This document shows positions 56,126 to 64,000 of a DNA stretch of 64,000 nucleotides, piece by piece (the first letter of the stretch is position 1; every line of letters begins with the position of its first letter). Source of the stretch: an uncultured Alcaligenaceae bacterium (GTDB lineage: Bacteria; Pseudomonadota; Gammaproteobacteria; Burkholderiales; Casimicrobiaceae); contig CAZSTF010000001.1 of assembly GCA_964609555.1 (NCBI GenBank), positions 6,119 through 70,118 on the forward strand. Reading direction: 5' to 3'. Below the pieces are notes generated by a model. That model was not told where the DNA came from, did not search any database, and was given only the letters and a program-made list of their open reading frames with translations. The position numbers and the translations under genes were made by a program.

Positions 56126-56955
56126 GCGGACGGCTTGGTGACCGCGCGTGGATGCTGCGCGAGATGGGGATCGGGCCCCTCTGGCGGCGTCGGGATGGCC
56201 AAGGTGCGCTGACCACCGACGCAACCGAAAGAGAGGTGCAGGCAGAAGCCCCGACCGGCGAGGGTGTGTCGCCGCCTGCGCGACCGCCTCGGCCCCGGGA
56301 TGCTCACTCACCCGACGCTGCAGCCGAGGCAGCCGAGGCCATCGACGTCGCCGCGCTCGACTGGGTCGGGCTCGAGTCGGCCATTCGCGCCTGCACGCGC
56401 TGCAAACTTGCCGCCACCCGGACACACGCCGTTCCTGGGGTGGGCGACCGCAAGCCAAGCTGGTTCGTGTTGGGCGAGGGCCCGGGTGAGCAGGAAGATC
56501 TGAAGGGCGAGCCCTTCGTGGGGCCCGCCGGGCGGCTGCTCGATGCGATGCTGGCCGCCGTCGGCAAGCGTCGCGGCGCGGGCGTCTTCATCACGAATGT
56601 GGTCAAGTGCCGACCACCGGGCAACCGCAATCCGGAGCCCGAGGAAATCGCGGCCTGCCGCCCCTGGCTCGAGCGGCAGCTGGCGCTCGCGGCACCACGG
56701 CTCGTCCTCGCGGTCGGGAAGTTCGCGGCACAGACGGCGCTCGGGCGCGAAGACACGGTGGCTGGCCTTCGGGCACGCGGCGGCCCCTGCGCGCTGCCCG
56801 GCAGCACGGCTCCGGTGGCGGTGACGTATCACCCGTCCTATCTGCTCCGGACGCCGTTGGACAAGGCCAAGGCGTGGGAGGACCTGCAGCGCGCGCTCTC
56901 GCTCGCAGGCGACGATTCATCCGGTTCCACCGCCAGCCCATCGCAGCAGGATTGA
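56122..56955 (+). CDS. Uracil-DNA glycosylase family 4
   Basis: CTRCKL, GEGPG.QED..GEPFVG.AG, NVVKCRPP.NR.P and TYHPSYLLR. Confidence 0.92.
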   Translation: MSGRLGDRAWMLREMGIGPLWRRRDGQGALTTDATEREVQAEAPTGEGVSPPARPPRPRDAHSPDAAAEAAEAIDVAALDWVGLESAIRACTRCKLAATRTHAVPGVGDRKPSWFVLGEGPGEQEDLKGEPFVGPAGRLLDAMLAAVGKRRGAGVFITNVVKCRPPGNRNPEPEEIAACRPWLERQLALAAPRLVLAVGKFAAQTALGREDTVAGLRARGGPCALPGSTAPVAVTYHPSYLLRTPLDKAKAWEDLQRALSLAGDDSSGSTASPSQQD

Positions 56956-57016
56956 AATCGTCGCCAAGCGCGGGCATATTCCCCCGCAAAATCCACGACA
57001 ACACAAGGATGACACC

Positions 57017-57643
57017 ATGAATTCGTTTTTCAAGCGTGCCCTCACGGCACTCGCAGGCGTTGCCGCCGCGGTTGGCCTGTCGGGCTGCGGCTACAACGAG
57101 ATGGCCCAGGGTGAAGAGTCGATCAAGGCGGCTTGGGCCGAGGTGACCAACCAGTACCAGCGGCGCGCAGACCTGATCCCGAACATCGTCAACACGGTCA
57201 AGGGCTTTGCGCAGCAGGAGCAGGACGTGCTCACGCGCGTCGTCGAGGCGCGGGCCCGGGCAACCCAGATCACGGTGACGCCCGAAATGGTGAACGACCC
57301 GCAGGCGATGCAGCGCTTTGCCGCTGCGCAGCGCGAGGTGGGCGGTGCGCTGTCGCGCCTGCTCGCCGTGGCCGAGAACTACCCGCAACTGAAGAGCGAC
57401 GCGGTGTTCCGGGACCTCACCGCGCAGCTCGAGGGCACCGAGAATCGCATCGCCGTGGCGCGCAATCGCTACATCAAGGCGATCCAGGGCTACAACAACG
57501 CGGTGGTCTCGTTTCCGACCAACATCACCGCGATGATCTTCGGCTTCAAGAAGAAGGAGCAGTTCCAGGTCGAGAACGAAGAGGCGATCAAGAAGGCCCC
57601 GACGGTGGACTTCTCGAAGCCAGCGGCACCTGCGAAGCCTTGA
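57017..57643 (+). CDS. lemA: LemA family lipoprotein
   Basis: LSGCGYN, W.EV.NQYQRRADLIPN, ENYPQLKS and QLEGTENRI.VAR. Confidence 0.92.
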   Translation: MNSFFKRALTALAGVAAAVGLSGCGYNEMAQGEESIKAAWAEVTNQYQRRADLIPNIVNTVKGFAQQEQDVLTRVVEARARATQITVTPEMVNDPQAMQRFAAAQREVGGALSRLLAVAENYPQLKSDAVFRDLTAQLEGTENRIAVARNRYIKAIQGYNNAVVSFPTNITAMIFGFKKKEQFQVENEEAIKKAPTVDFSKPAAPAKP

Positions 57644-58767
57644 AAGTAGACACGCTGGGGAGCAACGCCCTCTCCCCCCGGGAGAGGGTCGGGGTGAGGG
57701 CTGGCGGGTTGTCTCCCCACGGGGCCGCAAGCCCTCACCCGCCCCTGCGGGTCGGCCTCTCCCACGGGGAGAGGCAAGAACGGCGTCGCACCGCTCGTCG
57801 CACCCTCTCCCGCCGGGAGAGGGTGGGGGTGAGGGAGACGCCGCTCTGGTGGAGGATCGTTCTCTTCCTGATCGGTCTTCTTTCGCCTCTGGCGATTGTC
57901 CACGCGCAGGACGGCCTCGCGCCCATTCCGCCCCTGTCCTCGCGGGTCACCGACACCTCGAACACGCTTTCGCCCGGCGATCGGACCACGCTCGAAGCGC
58001 GGCTCGCTGCGTTCGAGCAGAAGACCGGGGGGCAGCTCGCGGTGCTCGTCGTGCCGACCGCGCAGCCCGAGACCATCGAGCAGTACGCACTGCGCGTGGC
58101 CGAGGCGTGGAAGATCGGCCGTGCCGGGCGGGACAATGGCATCGTGATCGCGCTTGCGATGAAGGAGCGCAAGGTCCGGATCGAGGTCGGCCGGGGCTGG
58201 GAAGGTGCGGTGCCGGACGTCGAGGCCAAGCGCATCATCCGCGAGGTCATGGCGCCGTTCTTCAAGCAGAACCAGTTTGCACAGGGGCTCTCCGCCGCAG
58301 TCGACAAGATCGAGCTGGCCGTCGCCCGTGAAGGGCAGCCTACCGATGGCGCATGGCGGACCAGCCATCAGGCGAGTTCTGCGGAGGCCATGGCTGAGCA
58401 GATGAACGACATGCTCCCCTTCGCGCTGGGGGCTGCGCTGATCGGCTCGTTCTTCCTGCCGCCGATCATGATCGCGGGCGGTACCGCCGTCGGTGCCTAT
58501 CTTTTGACGTCATCCGTCCAGACAGCAGCAGTCTTCGGCGTCTTCGCGCTGATTCTGGCGAGCATCCTGCGCGGCATCTTCGGCTCGTTCGGGCGGCGCC
58601 CGGTGGGCGGACGACGCATCCATCGGGATCGCAGCGGCGTCGATGGCCCGTGGATCTCCACGGGGAGCTCCAGCGGCTGGAGTTACGGCGGCGATTCATC
58701 GGGCGACAGTGGCTGGAGCGGTGGCGGTGGCGACTTCGGCGGCGGCGGCGCCTCGGGAGACTGGTGA
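57640..58767 (+). CDS. TPM domain (YgcG-like) membrane protein; start uncertain, N-terminus contains a REP-like element
   Basis: RVTD....LS, Q.AVL.VPT...ETIEQYA...AE.WKIG, RIEVG.G.EG and Gly-rich tail GGGGDFGGGGASGDW. TTG at 57640 overlaps the lemA TGA; alternative GTG starts near 57823-57829. Confidence 0.82.
   Translation: MKVDTLGSNALSPRERVGVRAGGLSPHGAASPHPPLRVGLSHGERQERRRTARRTLSRRERVGVRETPLWWRIVLFLIGLLSPLAIVHAQDGLAPIPPLSSRVTDTSNTLSPGDRTTLEARLAAFEQKTGGQLAVLVVPTAQPETIEQYALRVAEAWKIGRAGRDNGIVIALAMKERKVRIEVGRGWEGAVPDVEAKRIIREVMAPFFKQNQFAQGLSAAVDKIELAVAREGQPTDGAWRTSHQASSAEAMAEQMNDMLPFALGAALIGSFFLPPIMIAGGTAVGAYLLTSSVQTAAVFGVFALILASILRGIFGSFGRRPVGGRRIHRDRSGVDGPWISTGSSSGWSYGGDSSGDSGWSGGGGDFGGGGASGDW
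57668..57835. repeat. REP-like palindromic unit plus half unit (same family as in tsaB)
   Basis: CCCTCTCCCCCCGGGAGAGGGTCGGGGTGAGGG ... CCCTCACCC...CCTCTCCCACGGGGAGAGG (57668-57775) and CCCTCTCCCGCCGGGAGAGGGTGGGGGTGAGGG (57803-57835). Confidence 0.88.
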
Positions 58768-59297
58768 TGACCGTACGCAAGACGGCCTCACGGACCGCAC
58801 CACGCACCTACGGACAGCGCATCCGCGCCCACGTCCTGACGCCCAGGCGGGTCGTCGCAAAGGCGTTGCCGGACGACGCGATGGAGCGGCTGGAACGGGC
58901 CATTGCGGCGGCCGAGGCGGGCTCGAGCGGTCAGCTCCGACTCGTGGTCGAGGCACGTTGGCCGCTTGCCCAGGTACGCTGGCAGACGCCGCGGGCACGT
59001 GCGCTCGACTGGTTCTCGCAGATCCGCGTCTGGGACACCGAGCACAACAACGGCGTGCTGATCTACCTGCTGTTCGCGGAGCGTGATGTCGAAATCCTCG
59101 CCGATCGGGGCTTCAACGGCCGCGTGAGCGCGGAGGACTGGGAGGCCATCTGCCGCCGCATGGAGGCCGCCTTCGCCGAAGGCCGCTTCGAGGACGGCCT
59201 CAGCGAAGGCATCGGAGCCATCGGCGAGCTGATGCGCACGCACTTCCCGGCCGAAGGCAACGCCAACGAGCAGCCGGATCGGCCGATCCTGGCCTGA
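58767..59297 (+). CDS. TPM domain (DUF477-type) protein
   Basis: [24 protein letters not shown]...[10 protein letters not shown] and NE.PD.P. Typical lemA-TPM-TPM cluster. Confidence 0.85.
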   Translation: MTVRKTASRTAPRTYGQRIRAHVLTPRRVVAKALPDDAMERLERAIAAAEAGSSGQLRLVVEARWPLAQVRWQTPRARALDWFSQIRVWDTEHNNGVLIYLLFAERDVEILADRGFNGRVSAEDWEAICRRMEAAFAEGRFEDGLSEGIGAIGELMRTHFPAEGNANEQPDRPILA

Positions 59298-59436
59298 GGG
59301 ACGGAGAAAACTTCTTTCGCGGGGGAGGGCCGTCTCCTCGGTTGTTTTCCCCAACGCGAGAAAATGCAGGGTTTTGACCCTTGATCCGCATCGACGCTGT
59401 TTCGAGCCTTGCGCCGAGGCCGTCACCCACGCCCAA

Positions 59437-60966
<1,530 letters not shown>

Positions 60967-61008
60967 GTTTTTTGAGCACAGACACTGACCAAGCATCGAG
61001 GAGGGCAC

Positions 61009-61845
61009 ATGGCCTTGACGAAGAAGTCACGCAAGGGCGAGGATCGCTTCAAGCGTTACCGTGTCAACGGCAAGTTCAAGCTTGCCGACATCGACCCAGA
61101 GGCCACGCCGTTCTCACGCGGTGACGAGGGGGCACTCAAGGCACGGCTCGACACGCTCGCTGGCGAGTTGGATGCGCTTCAGGACAGGCTCCACTCCACG
61201 GGGCAGCGACGGCTGCTGCTCGTGCTTCAGGGCATGGACACAAGCGGGAAGGACGGCACCATTCGTTGGGTGTTCTCCAAGACCTCGCCCTTGGGTGTGC
61301 GCGTGGCGGCGTTCAAGGTGCCCACCGAGGAGGAGCGCTCGCGCGACTTCCTCTGGCGCTGCCACGCCGTGGTGCCTCGCGCGGGCGAGATCATGGTCTG
61401 GAATCGAAGCCATTACGAGGACGTGCTCGTGCCCGTGGTCAACGGCTGGATCGACGAGGCCGAGGCGAAGCGCCGTTATGCGCAGATCAACGATTTCGAG
61501 CGCCTGCTCGTCGAGACGGGGACCACCGTTCTCAAGTGCATGCTGCACATCAGCAAGGACGAGCAGCGAAAGCGCCTTCAGGCCCGCATCGACAACCCGG
61601 CCAAGCACTGGAAGTTCAGCATGGGCGACCTCGAGGTGAGAAAGCGCTGGGGCGACTACATGAAGGCGTACCAGCGGGCGCTTGCAGCGACCTCGACCGC
61701 TCAGGCGCCCTGGTACGTGATTCCGGCCAACGACAAGCTGCACCGGAACGTGATGGTGGCCGAACTGCTGCTCTCGGCGTTGAAGGCAATGGATCTGCCC
61801 GAGCCCGAGGCCAACCCGGCGCTTGCGGGACTGGTCGTGCAGTGA
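61009..61845 (+). CDS. Polyphosphate kinase 2 family protein (class III-like)
   Basis: LQGMDTSGKDGTI, FK.P..EE, FLWR, NRSHYEDVL, KHWKF and APWYVIPA. Confidence 0.9.
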   Translation: MALTKKSRKGEDRFKRYRVNGKFKLADIDPEATPFSRGDEGALKARLDTLAGELDALQDRLHSTGQRRLLLVLQGMDTSGKDGTIRWVFSKTSPLGVRVAAFKVPTEEERSRDFLWRCHAVVPRAGEIMVWNRSHYEDVLVPVVNGWIDEAEAKRRYAQINDFERLLVETGTTVLKCMLHISKDEQRKRLQARIDNPAKHWKFSMGDLEVRKRWGDYMKAYQRALAATSTAQAPWYVIPANDKLHRNVMVAELLLSALKAMDLPEPEANPALAGLVVQ

Positions 61846-61922
61846 GCCCCCACCCGGGCGATGACGCTCGTCCGGGTGTGTGGGCGAGGGGAAGCGCAGC
61901 GTGGCTCGTGCCGAGGGCATGA

Positions 61923-61983
61923 CTGACCTGTGTCAAGTCAGGCGAATTTCAAGGTCTTGAAGTTCGTCTGCGCGAGCGCACTT
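61923..61983 (+). promoter_or_regulatory. Candidate FNR/CRP-type box plus sigma32-like promoter upstream of hsp20
   Basis: CTGAC-CTGT-GTCAA (61923-61936). CTTGAA (61956-61961), then 14 nt, then GCGCACTT. Confidence 0.4.
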
Positions 61984-62047
61984 TCGGGGCATGGAGGCGG
62001 ATGACGCCTCGGTTCACAGACAGTACAGACTCGAAGGAGATCCCACC

Positions 62048-62479
62048 ATGCATCCGCTGCTTGCACGCACCAATGTTCCGTCCCTGTTCGATGAGTTCTT
62101 CCGGGATGTGTCCCCCGGTTTCTTCGTGAAGCCGCTGCACGGCGATCCGCTGCCCGCGCGCATCGCGGTGGACGTGAGCGAGAACGACACGGCCTACACC
62201 GTCAACGCCGAGATCCCGGGCGTCAAGAAAGACGACATCCATATCGACATCGATGGCAATGTGGTCACGTTGCGCGCCGAGGTGAAGCAGGAAGACAAGA
62301 AGACCGAGGGCGAGAAGGTGCTCCGGAGTGAGCGCTACTACGGCGCGGTCAGCCGCAGCTTCCAGCTGCCGATGGAGATCGACGCGAGCGCGGCCAAGGC
62401 GAAGTACGACAACGGCGTTCTGGCCGTCACGCTGCCGAAGAAGATGGCCTCGAGCGCGAAGCGGCTGACGGTGGAGTAA
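62048..62479 (+). CDS. Small heat-shock protein (Hsp20/alpha-crystallin)
   Basis: SD AAGGAG, ATG at 62048. VDV.E....Y...AEIPGV.K.DI, ERYYG...RSF.LP and A.Y.NGVL...LPK. Confidence 0.93.
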   Translation: MHPLLARTNVPSLFDEFFRDVSPGFFVKPLHGDPLPARIAVDVSENDTAYTVNAEIPGVKKDDIHIDIDGNVVTLRAEVKQEDKKTEGEKVLRSERYYGAVSRSFQLPMEIDASAAKAKYDNGVLAVTLPKKMASSAKRLTVE

Positions 62480-62583
62480 GCGCGGCGGGCGGCGCCCGGG
62501 CGGCTAGACTCACGGGCTGACCCCGAAAGCGTCCGGGGTTGCCCCGTTCCGCTTGACCCGCCGCTTGCCTCGCCGCTTTCCGC

Positions 62584-63771
62584 ATGCAGTTCGCAGACCG
62601 CCTCTCCAACGTCGAAACCTCCGCCATCCGGGAACTCTTCAAGCTGCTCGGCAAGCCCGGTATCGTGAGCTTTGCCGGGGGCTTCCCCGATGCAGCGCTG
62701 TTCGATGTGGAGGGCGTGGCGGCGGCCGCGCAGGCCGCGCTCGAGGCCGACCCGGGCGCAGCGCTCCAGTACGGCGCAACCGAGGGCTACGGTCCGCTTC
62801 GTGCGTCGATTGCCGGCCTCATGCGGGCCAAGGGCGTCCCCGCGGCCGATGTCTCGGCAGATCAGCTCATCATCACCACGGGCAGCCAGCAGGCACTCGA
62901 CCTGATCGGCAAGACGATGATCTCGCCGGGCGATCGCGTCATCGTCGAGGCCCCGACGTTCCTTGCCACCATCCAGTGTTTCCGGCTCTACGGCGCGCGG
63001 CTCGTCGGCGCGCCGATCGATGCCGACGGCGTCGATGTGGAACGGCTCGAGCGGCTCATCATCGAACATCGGCCCAAGCTCATCTACCTGATTCCCACCT
63101 TCGGCAATCCAAGCGGTGCCACACTCACGCTCGAGCGGCGTCGGCGCGTGCTCGGGCTTGCGGCGGCCCATCGCGTGCTCGTCGTCGAGGATGACCCCTA
63201 CGGCGAGCTCTGGTTCGATCGTCCGCCGCCGCCTTCCCTGCTCGCGCTCGCTTCCGACGTGCCCGGCGCGCGGGAGTGGCTCGTGCATTGCGGCAGCCTG
63301 TCGAAGGTGCTCTCGCCGGGCCTCAGGATCGGCTGGCTGATCGCCCCGCCGGAACTGCTCGCGAAGGCCGTCATGTGCAAGCAGTTCAGCGATGCGCACA
63401 CGAGTACCTTCGCGCAGGCCACCGCCCAGCACTACCTCGCCTCGGGGCGCATGCCCGCGGCCGTCGAGCGCGTGCGCGCGGCCTACGGCGAGCGTTCGCG
63501 TGTGATGTGCGATGCCCTCGAGCGCACGCTGGGTGAGGCGGTTTCGTTCGTCCGGCCTGCCGGTGGCATGTTCGTCTGGGCGCGGCTCACGGGGCCGGAT
63601 GCGGATGCCGACGCGTTCGCCAAGCGGGCGATCGAGCGTGGTGTGGCGTTCGTTCCTGGTGCGCCCTTCTTTGCCGAGAACCCGGATCGTGCTGCGTTTC
63701 GCATGAGTTACGCGACCTCGGATCCGGCGCGGATCGAGGAGGGGGTGCAGCGACTTGCCGCTGCATTGTGA
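62584..63771 (+). CDS. PLP-dependent aminotransferase (class I/II, 2-aminoadipate transaminase-like)
   Basis: SAIREL, SFAGG.P, LQYG.TEG, TGSQQALDL, F.NP.G, EDDPY and SLSK.LSPGLRIGW. Confidence 0.9.
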   Translation: MQFADRLSNVETSAIRELFKLLGKPGIVSFAGGFPDAALFDVEGVAAAAQAALEADPGAALQYGATEGYGPLRASIAGLMRAKGVPAADVSADQLIITTGSQQALDLIGKTMISPGDRVIVEAPTFLATIQCFRLYGARLVGAPIDADGVDVERLERLIIEHRPKLIYLIPTFGNPSGATLTLERRRRVLGLAAAHRVLVVEDDPYGELWFDRPPPPSLLALASDVPGAREWLVHCGSLSKVLSPGLRIGWLIAPPELLAKAVMCKQFSDAHTSTFAQATAQHYLASGRMPAAVERVRAAYGERSRVMCDALERTLGEAVSFVRPAGGMFVWARLTGPDADADAFAKRAIERGVAFVPGAPFFAENPDRAAFRMSYATSDPARIEEGVQRLAAAL

Positions 63772-63797
63772 TCGCTGGATTCCACCCGTTCACTGCC

Positions 63798-64000
63798 ATG
63801 CCTGGACTCGACCGAGATACCCCCATCCCCACCGAAATCACGCTCGACCGCAAGCGTCGCGTGCTCGTGCTTGTCTACCCCGAGGGTCGGCATGAACTGA
63901 GCTTCGAGTATCTGCGCGTCATGAGCCCCTCGGCCGAGGTGCGCGGTCACGGCCCCGGGCAGGAGGTGCTCCAGGTCGGGAAGCGCGATGTGGACATCGT
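63798..64000 (+). CDS. DUF971 / gamma-butyrobetaine hydroxylase-like N-terminal domain protein, runs off the window edge
   Basis: Manual translation: MPGLDRDTPIPTEITL...LSFEYLRVMSPSAEVRGHGPGQEVLQVGKRDV. Confidence 0.85.
   Translation, partial: MPGLDRDTPIPTEITLDRKRRVLVLVYPEGRHELSFEYLRVMSPSAEVRGHGPGQEVLQVGKRDVDI

Noticed and set aside
55010-57835. Repeat-spacer-like pattern resembling a CRISPR array
   Set aside because: Units are alternating inverted palindromes with only 2-3 copies, inside genes, and no cas genes are present. This is REP/BIME-like.

Overview
High-GC chromosomal segment, inferred to be from a betaproteobacterium (gene content and protein sequences). Most of it is housekeeping: cysB, lldD, rlmB, a dpp-type ABC cluster, LPS genes, mutS, suhB/trmJ, a DEAD-box helicase, ispB, rplU-rpmA, lptFG, pepA, argG, anmK, rlmD, tsaB-rimI-udg, lemA/TPM, lysS, ppk2, hsp20, tRNA-Thr(CGT) and tRNA-Pro(CGG). 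Two accessory systems stand out. (1) At 47051-53042, three secreted-protein genes look like a cellulosome-style surface scaffold: a cargo with a dockerin-like tag, a cohesin-like+dockerin adaptor, and a cohesin-like/Calx-beta anchor with an IPTL-CTERM signal. The proposed cognate dockerin/cohesin pair lies on a contiguous lower-GC patch spanning the gene junction. (2) At 7013-12354, an operon with sigma54 and IHF sites couples two CydA-like membrane proteins to an atypical flavocytochrome c sulfide dehydrogenase and a diheme cytochrome c. Smaller signals are two 206-bp IS5-like MITE copies, REP-like palindromes translated in frame inside tsaB and a TPM gene, an Rhs-core remnant fused in frame to a di-iron MBL protein, an L21 with a C-terminal HhH domain, an MntA-HepT toxin-antitoxin pair, and several apparently leaderless genes and coupled mini-ORFs. 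All family assignments come from motif recognition by eye; no searches were run.
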